Source of the DNA: Thermoguttaceae bacterium
Lineage (GTDB): Bacteria; Planctomycetota; Planctomycetia; Pirellulales; Thermoguttaceae
NCBI GenBank assembly: GCA_024653385.1
Contig: JANLFZ010000002.1
Coordinates: 1 to 36,756 of the forward strand
DNA length: 36,756 bases
Reading direction: 5' to 3'
Part shown: in pieces, positions 27,916-36,756 of the stretch
Position numbering within the stretch: position 1 is the first letter of the stretch
Layout: each line of letters begins with the position of its first letter
Translations under genes and position numbers: made by a program
Notes under the pieces: generated by a model
What the model saw: the letters and a program-made list of their open reading frames with translations, nothing else
Told to the model about the DNA's origin: nothing
The model's database searches: none

Positions 27916-29286
27916 ATGCACCGCAATTTGCCGTCGACCCACCACGAGGGCCAGGGGACTTCGCGCCGCCAGTTTCTGAAACACGCCGGGGCGATGGCCG
28001 CCGGATCGGCGCTGGCGGGCGTGGCCGTGCCCCACGTCCACGCCGGCGAGGACAACACGATCCGCCTGGCCCTGATCGGCTGCGGGGGGCGCGGCAGCGG
28101 GGCGGCCCGCGACGCCTTCGAGGCCACCGGCGGGCCGGTCAAGCTCATCGCCATGGCCGACATCTTCGAGAACCGCATGATCGGCGCGCTCAAGAACCTC
28201 AGCAAGGAGTACGCCGACAAGATCGACGTGCCCCCGGAACGCCGCTTCGTGGGCTTCGACGCCTACAAGAAGGCCATCGACTGCCTGCGCCCGGGCGATG
28301 TCGCCATGCTCTGCGGCTACGCCGGCTGGCGGCCGGTGCAACTCGAGTACGCCGTGGCCAAGGGCGTCAACGTCTTCATGGAGAAGTCGTTCGCCACCGA
28401 CCCGCCCGGCGTCCGGCGGATCATCGCCGCGGGCGAGGCCGCCGAGAAGAAGAACCTCAAGATCGCTGCGGGGCTGATGTGCCGGCACTCGAAGAACCGC
28501 CACGAGCTGATCAAGCGGATCCGCGACGGCGAGCTGGGCGAGATCCAACTCATCCGCGCTTACCGCATGGAGCCCGTGGGACCGATGGGCCCCCGGCCGC
28601 CGCAAGAAAAAGACCTCTTCTGGCAGATCCGCAACTTCGTGCGGTTCTACTGGGTCTCGGGCGGGCTCTGGGCCGAGATGGACATCCACCAGATCGACGA
28701 GATCTGCTGGCTCAAGGACGCCTGGCCGGTCTCGGCCCACGGCATCGGCGGCCGGGCCGCCAACAGCACCGACTGCGGCCAGAACCTCGACTCGTTCTCC
28801 GTCGAGTGGACCTTCGCCGACGGCACGAAGGCCTACGACGTGGTCCGCTACCTGCCCAACTGCCACAACGAGTTCGCCACCTACGTCCACGGCACGAAGC
28901 GCGCGGCGCAGTTCTCGGGGGCGATCCATGTGGGCACGGTCCACACCTACAAGGACCAGCGCATCACGCCCGACAACATCGACTGGCGCGCGCCGAAGGA
29001 GGAAATCACCCCCTGGCAAGCCGAGTGGAACGCGCTGTTGGAAGCGATCCGCCACGACCGGCCGCATAACGAAGCCAAGCGCGCGGCCCTGTCGAACCTG
29101 GCCGACATCATGGGCCGCGCGGCGGTCCATATGGGGCGGATCATCACTTGGGACGAGGCGATGAAATCGAACTTCCAGTGGTGCCCGAACCTCGACACGA
29201 TGGACGAGAACACCCCACCGCCGGTGCAGGCCAACGCCCAGGGCCGCTACCCCGTGCCCGTGCCGGGCCAGTGGGTCGAGATCTGA
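27916..29286 (+). CDS. TAT-exported Gfo/Idh/MocA-family NAD(P)-dependent oxidoreductase
   Basis: ATG at 27916 after AGGGAGA. Twin-arginine motif SRRQFLKHAGAMAAGSALAG, then the Rossmann motif IRLALIGCGGRGSGAA. Confidence 0.85.
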   Translation: MHRNLPSTHHEGQGTSRRQFLKHAGAMAAGSALAGVAVPHVHAGEDNTIRLALIGCGGRGSGAARDAFEATGGPVKLIAMADIFENRMIGALKNLSKEYADKIDVPPERRFVGFDAYKKAIDCLRPGDVAMLCGYAGWRPVQLEYAVAKGVNVFMEKSFATDPPGVRRIIAAGEAAEKKNLKIAAGLMCRHSKNRHELIKRIRDGELGEIQLIRAYRMEPVGPMGPRPPQEKDLFWQIRNFVRFYWVSGGLWAEMDIHQIDEICWLKDAWPVSAHGIGGRAANSTDCGQNLDSFSVEWTFADGTKAYDVVRYLPNCHNEFATYVHGTKRAAQFSGAIHVGTVHTYKDQRITPDNIDWRAPKEEITPWQAEWNALLEAIRHDRPHNEAKRAALSNLADIMGRAAVHMGRIITWDEAMKSNFQWCPNLDTMDENTPPPVQANAQGRYPVPVPGQWVEI

Positions 29287-29311
29287 AGCCCAACGGCCAA
29301 GGACGGGCGCC

Positions 29312-29896
29312 CTACGGGGTCGTCCCCTGGATGACCTTCTCGAAGGCCGGCTTGAGCGTTGCCCAGTTGCTTTCGGGACAATAGCACACGATGCTGATCC
29401 GCCGATCGCGGGCCAGGGCCGTCACGCGATAGCCGCGGAGCTTGCCGCCGAACGTGGTCGAGGCGGTGAACTCCGACTGCCGCGAGTCGCCGAAGGGGGT
29501 CTGGGTTTTCTGCGCCTTCTGCTCGGTGTACCCGCTCAGTTCGTCCTGCATCTGCTTGGCGCCGAACTCGTGGACCTTGGCGACCGCGGCCAGCTCTTCG
29601 TCCTCCTCACCCGCGCCCCGGCCCAGGTTCTTGGCGATGTCGCCCAAGAGCGAACCAACCAGGTCGGCCGAGATCTTGATCGAGGCGTTTCCCTTGGTGA
29701 ACTTGACGCTGGAGTACCCGGAGCCCTGGGCGCCGCTTTGGGCCATTTCCCAGCCGGCCGGCTGCTGGGTCCGGAAGGCCTGGTCCTTGGCCTGATACGG
29801 AGTGAACGAGGTCGGCGCCGAGACCGGCTCGCTGCACCCGACCACCAACGCGATCCCCACGGCCGCCACGACGCAACACCTCGCGGAAGACTTCAT
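29312..29896 (-). CDS. Lipoprotein (194 aa), no family recognised
   Basis: ATG at 29896 in ORF 29312..29992. Signal peptide with lipobox MKSSARCCVVAAVGIALVVGC|SE. Confidence 0.6.
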   Translation of the reverse strand: MKSSARCCVVAAVGIALVVGCSEPVSAPTSFTPYQAKDQAFRTQQPAGWEMAQSGAQGSGYSSVKFTKGNASIKISADLVGSLLGDIAKNLGRGAGEEDEELAAVAKVHEFGAKQMQDELSGYTEQKAQKTQTPFGDSRQSEFTASTTFGGKLRGYRVTALARDRRISIVCYCPESNWATLKPAFEKVIQGTTP

Positions 29897-29981
29897 TCGA
29901 AAGCTCCTTGATGAGTGTGCTGGAATACGGACCAGGGGCACCAGCCCCACGAATTGCGCCAACGGGTTGTCCTGCGGGCCG

Positions 29982-30851
29982 TTAGGAATCATCGTCCTCG
30001 TCCTGCTTCTGTGCCAGCCAAGCCAGCCGGCCCAAGAGTCGGGCGTAGATCATCAAGATCGCCGCAAGGGGCGGCCCGGCCAGCGCCGCGGTGGCAAAAG
30101 GCGACCAGGGAAACGACGAGACCACGGCCAGGGCCAATGCCCCCACCATCAGCCCCGAGGTGGCATACAGGGCCAACCAGCCCCACCAAACCGTCTTGAG
30201 GCTCCGGGCGACCGGGCGCGATAGCGGCACCAGCGGCGAGGCGGTCTCGAGTGACGACAGCAGGACGAACGGATAAGCCACGAAGGCCACGACGATGCCC
30301 GGCCACCACGAAACACGCAGGGTGACCCAGTTCACCGCGGCTGCCAAGAGGGCCGCCACGATGGCCGCCCCGCCGACAAATCGCAGCGACCAGAACCATT
30401 CACGCCAGTCGCCGCTAGGCCACTCGTCGATCTTGTCGTTGCCCGCGGCCGTCTCCTGGAGGATCACCAGCATCGACTGCGAGGCGTAGGTGACCGTCAG
30501 GTACGCCACGCAAAAGACCGGCGCGGCAAAGCACCGCGCGGCGATGGTCAGCCCGATGTCGACCAGCCAGATGCAGAAGACGACCCCCAGAAAGGCCAGC
30601 GAAAGGCCCATCGACATCAGCCCCCACGGGCCGAAGGTGTCCAACCGCCAGGGGAAGTTGAACACGCCGGAGACCAGGGGAATGGCCGGGGGCGGTCGCG
30701 CCTCGTCGGCCAGCGCCGGCTTTCGCAAGGGCACGAGCGGCTCGGCCGGCAGCCGGCTTGCCGGAGGCGGCGGCTCGGCCAGGCCGTACACGTCGTCCTC
30801 GTCCGGCGGAGGCGGTACCTCGGGCTTGCGTCTATCCGGCTGCATGGCCAT
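29982..30851 (-). CDS. Polytopic membrane protein with a proline-rich cytoplasmic N-terminus; possibly DUF4013-like
   Basis: ATG at 30851 (or 30845) in ORF 29982..31322. PEVPPPPDEDDVYGLAEPPPPASRLP, followed by about 6 hydrophobic segments. The loop AAGNDKIDEWPSGDWREWFW resembles the 'LPEWDDW' loop I associate with DUF4013; that assignment is from memory. Confidence 0.55.
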   Translation of the reverse strand: MAMQPDRRKPEVPPPPDEDDVYGLAEPPPPASRLPAEPLVPLRKPALADEARPPPAIPLVSGVFNFPWRLDTFGPWGLMSMGLSLAFLGVVFCIWLVDIGLTIAARCFAAPVFCVAYLTVTYASQSMLVILQETAAGNDKIDEWPSGDWREWFWSLRFVGGAAIVAALLAAAVNWVTLRVSWWPGIVVAFVAYPFVLLSSLETASPLVPLSRPVARSLKTVWWGWLALYATSGLMVGALALAVVSSFPWSPFATAALAGPPLAAILMIYARLLGRLAWLAQKQDEDDDS

Positions 30852-31053
30852 CGCCTCTTGCGGATCAAGCAAGGCAACGCCGTCAGTATACACACCGGGG
30901 GTTTGGTGGACAACCCGCGGCGGGGAAGCCGCTCCCGGGGCCAAGATGGCGGTTGACAGGCATGCCATGCCGCCCCATACTGCGGTGGACCAACGGTGAC
31001 GGCACGTTGGGAAGCCACGCTTGCACCTTTCGATTCCCAAGGGACGACATTCG

Positions 31054-32385
31054 ATGAAACGCAGACTCTCGCTCCTGGCACTGCTGGCATTGGTTCTTGG
31101 CGCTCTTTCGAGCGGGCGCGGCGCCGACGACCTCCCTCGGTTGGCGCCGATGGGGCAGGGCAAGGGCATCCACCCGGGCCGCGTCGTTTGGGTCCACGAC
31201 CCCGCCGTGCTCGATTGGAACGGTCCGGCCGACGGCCACTGGTGGGAAGGCAACCATGTCAAGCAGGACCGCGTCGACGCCATGATGGCCCGCGCCGTCT
31301 GCGAGCTGACCGGCGCGCCCACGGTGGCCGAGGCGTGGTCGAAGCTCTTTCGTCACCTCAATAAGGCTCGCGGCAAGGGGGACGTGGGTTATCGTCCCGG
31401 CGAGAAGATTGCCATCAAGCCGAACTGGGTCGGCATGATCTGGCGCGAAGGCAACGCCAGCGGCGAGACCTACACATTCGTCCGACGCCACGATTACATG
31501 AATACGTCGCCGCAAATGATCGTGGCCCTGCTCGGGCAGCTCACGCGCGACGCGGGCGTCAAGCAGGCCGACATCACGGTTTGCGACACGCTCGCCTACC
31601 TGGTCAACGAGTACTACGACATTCTCCACAAGGCATTTCCCGAGGTCCGGTTCGAGGACTACGCCGGCAAGTTCGGGCGCATCCAGGTGAAGGCTTCCAA
31701 GGTGCCGCTTTATTGGAGCAGTCGCCCCCAGGGCAAGACGCCCGACTTCCTGCCGACCTGCTTCGCCGAGGCCGAGTACCTGATCAACTTCGCGAACTTC
31801 AAGGCGCACATGGGCTCGGGCGTGACGCTGTGCGCGAAGAACCACTACGGCTCGCTCATTCGCTGGCCGGTCCAGGAGGGCTACTTCGACATCCATCCCG
31901 GGTGCTTCTCGACCGAGACGGCCATCTACCGCCCACTGGTCGATCTGATGGGCCATGCCCATCTGGGCGGCAAGACGGTGCTGCACCTGATCGACGGGCT
32001 GTTCTCGGGCGTTCACCCGCGCGATCCCGAGCCGTCACGCATGAAGATGCCGCCCTTTGACGGCCAATGGCCCTCGAGCCTGTTCGCCTCGCAGGACCCC
32101 GTGGCCATCGACTCGGTGGCCTTCGATTTCCTCTGGACCGAGGGGACGACCTTCGCGCGCAAAGGGGGCGTCGACGACTATCTGCACGAGGCCGCGCTGG
32201 CCGGCGATCCGCCCTCGAAGACCTTTTACGACCCCGACCACGCGGCGCCCACGAAGCGGCTTTCGAGCCTGGGCGTCCACGAGCACTGGAACAACGCGCA
32301 AGAGAAGAAATACTCCCGCAATCTCGGCAAGGCCGAGGGCATCGAGTTGGTGCCGGTGCAAATCGGCTCCTCGGACCGCAAGTAA
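31054..32385 (+). CDS. Exported DUF362-domain protein
   Basis: ATG at 31054 in ORF 31021..32385. Signal peptide MKRRLSLLALLALVLGALSSGRGA. DUF362-like motifs GEKIAIKPNWV and FKAHMGSGVTLCAKNHYGS. Confidence 0.6.
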   Translation: MKRRLSLLALLALVLGALSSGRGADDLPRLAPMGQGKGIHPGRVVWVHDPAVLDWNGPADGHWWEGNHVKQDRVDAMMARAVCELTGAPTVAEAWSKLFRHLNKARGKGDVGYRPGEKIAIKPNWVGMIWREGNASGETYTFVRRHDYMNTSPQMIVALLGQLTRDAGVKQADITVCDTLAYLVNEYYDILHKAFPEVRFEDYAGKFGRIQVKASKVPLYWSSRPQGKTPDFLPTCFAEAEYLINFANFKAHMGSGVTLCAKNHYGSLIRWPVQEGYFDIHPGCFSTETAIYRPLVDLMGHAHLGGKTVLHLIDGLFSGVHPRDPEPSRMKMPPFDGQWPSSLFASQDPVAIDSVAFDFLWTEGTTFARKGGVDDYLHEAALAGDPPSKTFYDPDHAAPTKRLSSLGVHEHWNNAQEKKYSRNLGKAEGIELVPVQIGSSDRK

Positions 32386-32419
32386 TCGACCCGGATCGCT
32401 TCACCCGAAAGGACCAACG

Positions 32420-32821
32420 ATGAGTGGCATGTTCGTTCCCGCCGCCGAAGCCGTGCGCGAGAAGCTCGACTGGGGATCGCTCGCCTGGTGTTGCCGACCC
32501 AGCGGCACCGGGTCGCAGAATCTGACCGTAATCGAGGTGACGCTGGCGCCGGGCGGCGGCCACGCCTTCCACAAGCACCCCAAGCAGGAAGAAGTGATTT
32601 ACGTGGTCGATGGCCAGGTCGAACAGTGGCTCGACAAAGGCAAGCGAGTGCTCTCGACCGGCGACTCGGTCTATATCCCGGCCGGAACCGTCCACGCCTC
32701 GTTCAACACCGGCGCGCGCGATGCGAAGCTCTTGGCGATCCTCGGGCCGTGCGTCGGCCGCGAGAACGGTTACGAGGTCATCGAGGTGGCCGACCAGGCC
32801 CCCTGGAAGGGGCTGCGGTAG
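32420..32821 (+). CDS. Cupin-domain protein (133 aa)
   Basis: ATG at 32420, 34 nt after the DUF362 stop. Cupin motifs GGGHAFHKHPKQEEVIYVVDG and GDSVYIPAGTVHASFN. Confidence 0.8.
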   Translation: MSGMFVPAAEAVREKLDWGSLAWCCRPSGTGSQNLTVIEVTLAPGGGHAFHKHPKQEEVIYVVDGQVEQWLDKGKRVLSTGDSVYIPAGTVHASFNTGARDAKLLAILGPCVGRENGYEVIEVADQAPWKGLR

Positions 32822-33021
32822 GGCAAACCGGTCCGTGGCGACCAGTCACGTCCGGCCGCTGGCCCGCACAATCGGTGCGGCCGTTGTAAGCGGCTTACCA
32901 CAAATGGTATCCCCCGCGGTGGCACGCGAAGGGAGCGGGGGGGAAACCCGCACGCCGCTGCGCAAATGCTATCCTTCCACGTGGTTTTTGAACGGATGGC
33001 ATAGTTCGGTCAGCGGCGTCC

Positions 33022-34995
33022 ATGCGATTCGGGTTTGGTTCTCTGTTCCGGCGAATCTCCCTCCGGCAGTGTTTCTGGCTGGTCACCCTGGGATGGACCA
33101 CCGTCGTGGTAAGCCTCTCGGGGCTGTTTCTCGTCGGCAAACAGCGCGGGATCCGGGAACAGGCCCAAAGCCAAGTCCGGGGCATCTACGAGACCGATAT
33201 GACCTACCGCCATTGGGTCGCGCGGGTAGGCGGTGTTTACGTCCAAGCGAACGATCGGGTTCCGCCCAATCCTTGCCTCGAAGTCGCCGATCAAGAAGTC
33301 GTCACCACCGACGGCCGGGTGCTTACCCTGCTGAATTCAGCCTACTTGATGCGTCTGATCCATCAAGACGATGCCCATCACGACGGAAGATCGGTGCGGC
33401 TGGTAAGCCTGTGGCCGGTCTGCCCCGAGAATACTCCCGATCCTTGGGAGCGCCGAGTTCTGGAGTCGTTTAGTCGCGGCGTGCCGGAAGCCGAGGAGTT
33501 CGTGAGCGATCAGGGGCGAGTCTTGGCTCGCTTGGCCCGGCCGCTTGTGGCCGAGCGGGCGTGCCTGAAGTGCCACGCCGCGGGCGGCCACCAGATCGGA
33601 GGCATTCTCGGCGCCGTGAGCGTCTCCCTCCCGGTGCCAAGCGTCTGGGAGTCTGCCGCGCAGGACTGCTGGCTGGCCTTGGGGGGCTACGGCGTACTCT
33701 GGCTGATCGGCATGGCTGGCTTGCTGTTGGTCACGGCGAGGCTCTCGACGCACTTGGCGGAGCGGGACCGCTGCGCCGCGGAACTGGACCGGGCCAAAGA
33801 AGCCGCCGAGGCGGCCAGCCGCGCCAAGAGCGAGTTCCTGGCCCACGTCAGCCATGAGATCCGCACGCCGCTGACCGCCGTTCTCGGGTACGCCGAACTC
33901 CTGCTCGGCCCCCCCTTGCCCCGCGACGAACACCTCGACTGCGTCGAGACCATCCACCGCAATGGCCAGTTGCTGCTCCGACTGGTCAACGACATCTTGA
34001 ACCTCTCGCGAATCGAGGCGGGCAACCTGGTGTTGGAGATCGCCGAGTGCTCGCCGTGGGAGGCCGTGCAGGATGCGGTGTCGGTGGTTCGGCCCCGGGC
34101 GGCGGAAAAGGGCATCGACCTGCGCGTCGATCCCACGTTCCCCCTGCCGCGCACGATCCGCAGCGATCCGGCGCGCCTGCGGCAGATTCTGGTGAACCTC
34201 GTGGGCAATGCGGTGAAGTTCACGGAGCGCGGCGAAGTACGCATCGAAATGAGCTGGAAGAGCGGTCCCGGCGCGCGCCCCGTCCTCCGCATGACGGTCC
34301 GCGACACCGGCATCGGCATGACCTCCGAACAGATCGAGCGGTTGTTCCGCCCATTCGGCCAAGCCGACCCGTCGACGGCCCGGCGGTACGGCGGCACGGG
34401 GCTCGGACTGGCGATTTGCAAGCGGTTGGCAGCCGCGCTGGGAGGCGATATCGAGGTCGAAAGCCACCCGGGCGCCGGCAGCGCGTTTGCCTTCTGGCTC
34501 GAAGCCGCACCGGTCGATGGTGTACTGCTCCACGCGCCGCCGGAGGATTCCGGACCGTCTGAGCCGCCCGCGGAATGGTCGGGCGAGCCCCTTCATGGCC
34601 GTGTTCTGCTGGCGGAAGACGGTCCCGACAACCAGCGGCTGATCCACACCCTGCTCCGCCGTCAGGGCTTGGAAGTCGAGGTCGCGGAAAACGGCCGCGT
34701 CGCCTGCCGCAAGGTGTGGCTGGCCGCGGCGGAAGGCAAACCGTACGACCTCGTGCTCATGGACATGCACATGCCCGAGCTGGACGGTTACCAGGCCACG
34801 CGCCAACTGCGCGAGGAAGGTTGGTCTGGCCCGATCGTGGCCATGACCGCCTCGGCCATGGATGGCGACCGCGCCCGGTGCCTCGAGGCCGGATGCGACG
34901 ACTACCTCGCCAAACCGATCGGCAAGGCGGCGTTTCTCCAATCGGTCGGGCGCTGGCTGAGCGTTCAGACCGGCGCCGCGCGCTCGCGCGTGTAG
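33022..34995 (+). CDS. Hybrid sensor histidine kinase: DUF3365-type haem-c sensor domain, TM segment, HisKA, HATPase_c and receiver domain
   Basis: CLKCH at 33562-33576, preceded by [17 protein letters not shown]-box SHEIRTPL (His at 33853-33855). N/G boxes [18 protein letters not shown] and GGTGLGLAI. Receiver motifs [24 protein letters not shown] and AMTA...KP. Confidence 0.9.
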   Translation: MRFGFGSLFRRISLRQCFWLVTLGWTTVVVSLSGLFLVGKQRGIREQAQSQVRGIYETDMTYRHWVARVGGVYVQANDRVPPNPCLEVADQEVVTTDGRVLTLLNSAYLMRLIHQDDAHHDGRSVRLVSLWPVCPENTPDPWERRVLESFSRGVPEAEEFVSDQGRVLARLARPLVAERACLKCHAAGGHQIGGILGAVSVSLPVPSVWESAAQDCWLALGGYGVLWLIGMAGLLLVTARLSTHLAERDRCAAELDRAKEAAEAASRAKSEFLAHVSHEIRTPLTAVLGYAELLLGPPLPRDEHLDCVETIHRNGQLLLRLVNDILNLSRIEAGNLVLEIAECSPWEAVQDAVSVVRPRAAEKGIDLRVDPTFPLPRTIRSDPARLRQILVNLVGNAVKFTERGEVRIEMSWKSGPGARPVLRMTVRDTGIGMTSEQIERLFRPFGQADPSTARRYGGTGLGLAICKRLAAALGGDIEVESHPGAGSAFAFWLEAAPVDGVLLHAPPEDSGPSEPPAEWSGEPLHGRVLLAEDGPDNQRLIHTLLRRQGLEVEVAENGRVACRKVWLAAAEGKPYDLVLMDMHMPELDGYQATRQLREEGWSGPIVAMTASAMDGDRARCLEAGCDDYLAKPIGKAAFLQSVGRWLSVQTGAARSRV

Positions 34996-35285
34996 GTCGG
35001 TAGATAGTCGCTCTTCACGTTGTGGGTGTGAACATACTCGCCCGGCGCGATGTCGCGTGTCGCCGAACCGATCGGAGCGCCGTACTTGCGCACCTTCTCG
35101 CCCGCGGCGATCGGTGCGATCGCCACCTTGTGGCCCGTGGGAATCCGCTGCGCGACGCGAATCGGCCGGCCTTGGAAGAGGAGGGTCTGGCCGGCCTCGA
35201 TCGTCGTGGTGACGGCGCACACGTTGTCTTCCGGCGCCAGGTGAAGCAATCGCGGGTCGGTCGTCGACGTCGAATCGGCGGTCAT
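34965..35285 (-). CDS. Stand-alone SAF domain protein (UxaA/altronate-dehydratase N-terminal type)
   Basis: [13 protein letters not shown]...[46 protein letters not shown] aligns with the E. coli UxaA N-terminus (DNVAVAL...ARGHKFALTDIAKGANVIKYGLPIGYALADIAAGEHVHAHN). Confidence 0.75.
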   Translation of the reverse strand: MTADSTSTTDPRLLHLAPEDNVCAVTTTIEAGQTLLFQGRPIRVAQRIPTGHKVAIAPIAAGEKVRKYGAPIGSATRDIAPGEYVHTHNVKSDYLPTYTRERAAPV

Positions 35286-35396
35286 CGGTCGGCTCCGTCA
35301 GGGCGGGTCGTGTCGGATGCCTTCGAGTATACCCGTAAACGCCCCCCGGCCGGAATCCCCGCGGAGCCGCGCACCCGATCCGCCCGCACGGCGAGG

Positions 35397-36629
35397 TCAG
35401 GTGCCATTGGGCCACGAAAGAGGCAAATGCACGTGAATCGAGGTCCCCTGGCCCGGCGCGCTTTCGATGGTCGCCTCGCCGCCGAGCAGGCGGGCCCGTT
35501 CACGAATCCCCTCCAGCCCGAAATGCCCCGGGGGAATCCCATGCGGGTCGAAGCCCGTGCCCCAGTCCCGGATCTCCACGCGCAAGCGATCGGCTTCTTC
35601 GCTTAGCGCGATTCGGACCCGCTTGCTCCGGCTGTGCCGGCGCGCGTTGGTCAGCGCCTCCTGGACGATGCGGAACAGGGCGCTTTCGATCGTCGGGGCA
35701 AGCCGGTCGAACCGTACGTCGGGGACGTACTCGACTTCCAGCCCCCAGCGGTCGCGCACTTGTCCGACCAACGCCTCGATCGCGGGAAGAACGCCGTCTT
35801 CTTCGAGGGCCAGCGGCCGGAGGCTGTCGATCAGCCGCCGCGATTCGGCCATCGCCTCATCGAGCAGTTGGCAGGCCGCGTCGAATGTGCTCCACGACTC
35901 CGAAGGCAGCGACGCGCTCCGCTGCTCGCGGAAGGACTGCAACAGCAAGATCGCGCCGGCCAGTTGCTGCGCCAGACCGTCGTGGATCTCGTAGCCGATC
36001 AGCCGCCGTTCGTGCTCTTGGAACTCGAGCATCTCCCGAAGGGTCTTGCGTTCCCGACGCAGTTCGGCCTCGGCACGCTTCCGCTTGGTGATGTCCAAGA
36101 GCGAAACCAGCACGGTCGGGCTGGAGGTCCCGGCATCGGGGACGACGCTCAAGTAGACCGCCACGTCGATCACCTCGCCGGTCAGCGTGCGGTGGACGGA
36201 CTCGGCCTCGAAGTGGCGTTTGCCGCTGGCCAGGGCGATCAGCTCCTGGCGGAAGGTGTCGAGCGATGCCTCGGTAAAGAACTCCTCCAGGTTCCGCACC
36301 AGCTCCTGCTTGTCGCGCGCGTGAAGGAGGTCCAGCGTCACCTGGTTCACGTCGAGCACGCGCACCCGACGCACGCACTCCAAGACCGACTCGGGATGCT
36401 CGTCGAACCAGGCGGCCAGATCGGTCACGCCCCGTACTCGAAGGCGCTCAAAATAGTCCTGGACCTCGGACCAATCCTCTTCCCATAGCGAGAGCGGGGA
36501 GTTCTCGAACAAGATCCGGTACCGCCGCTCGCGATCCGACTCGAACGGGTCGTGGGATGGGTTCTGAGGAGGCCCCCGAACGTCGCGTCCCTCCTGGTGC
36601 CTTGGCAATGATTGGTCTTCGTGCGACAT
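35397..36629 (-). CDS. Cytoplasmic sensor histidine kinase: PAS, HisKA_3 and HATPase_c (NarX/DegS type)
   Basis: ATG at 36629 (a GTG at 36632 is possible). PAS-like segment YRILFENSPLSLWEED. H-box EHERRLIGYEIHDGLAQQL. Also ALTNARRHS, DWGTGF and GLEGIRERARLLGG. Confidence 0.85.
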   Translation of the reverse strand: MSHEDQSLPRHQEGRDVRGPPQNPSHDPFESDRERRYRILFENSPLSLWEEDWSEVQDYFERLRVRGVTDLAAWFDEHPESVLECVRRVRVLDVNQVTLDLLHARDKQELVRNLEEFFTEASLDTFRQELIALASGKRHFEAESVHRTLTGEVIDVAVYLSVVPDAGTSSPTVLVSLLDITKRKRAEAELRRERKTLREMLEFQEHERRLIGYEIHDGLAQQLAGAILLLQSFREQRSASLPSESWSTFDAACQLLDEAMAESRRLIDSLRPLALEEDGVLPAIEALVGQVRDRWGLEVEYVPDVRFDRLAPTIESALFRIVQEALTNARRHSRSKRVRIALSEEADRLRVEIRDWGTGFDPHGIPPGHFGLEGIRERARLLGGEATIESAPGQGTSIHVHLPLSWPNGT

Positions 36630-36756
36630 CACACACTCACCTCGAACAGGTTATCATGGTGTCTACAACGCGCGGGACCGCTCTACCATCATTATACTCG
36701 CTTTGTGCGAAATGAATCCCCCCATAGGAACGATATCACTGGGCTTCTTTGCTACC

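Noticed and set aside
25539-29130. Long minus-strand ORFs (25539..26438, 27168..28220, 27766..29130) opposite the esterase, SGNH and Gfo/Idh/MocA genes
   Set aside because: The plus-strand products carry catalytic motifs and export signals. The minus-strand products are R/G/P/A-rich shadows.
30883-32016. 377-aa minus-strand ORF opposite the DUF362 gene, and the 31322 extension of the membrane-protein ORF
   Set aside because: There are no motifs. The membrane protein's hydrophobic core begins only after the Met at 30851, and the upstream part overlaps the start of the plus-strand DUF362 gene.
33337-35415. 692-aa minus-strand ORF opposite the hybrid histidine kinase
   Set aside because: The plus strand has complete H, N, G and receiver boxes. 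The minus product is an antisense shadow, and in another frame it also overlaps the well-supported SAF ORF.

Overview
Visibly GC-rich chromosomal window that looks planctomycetal. Supporting markers are a DUF1559/H-X9-DG pseudopilin-like protein, a giant surface protein with the N-terminal 'LEDRSLLS' motif, a Cys-type sulfatase, a TAT-exported Gfo/Idh/MocA enzyme and a DUF1570-like peptidase. I call about 31 protein genes. Housekeeping genes (proC, lpxD-lpxI, a tsaC-ywlE fusion plus rpiB, aguA, recA, pyk) are interspersed with exported or envelope proteins and two sensor kinases. I found no rRNA, tRNA, CRISPR array, transposase, integrase or recognisable defence gene. Many long ORFs in the track are antisense shadows of real genes, as expected in high-GC DNA. 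The most unusual items are: (1) a cysteine synthase fused in-frame to a full-length CysRS-like body that keeps the zinc/cysteine ligands and the anticodon domain but has lost HIGH and KMSKS; (2) a 7-nt tandem array plus long inverted repeat filling the lpxD-lpxI junction and supplying the lpxD stop codon; (3) two copies of a REP-like palindromic element built around GGGACnGTCCCCGTGAAyGGTTAC; (4) an exported discoidin/beta-propeller/di-haem protein with hydrazine-synthase-alpha-like layout; (5) a 1530-aa surface protein whose cadherin-like modules carry nested domain insertions; (6) an uncharacterised two-gene tail on proC; (7) an orphan UxaA-type SAF mini-protein between two partner-less kinases. 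All family assignments come from motif recognition by eye, not from database searches.
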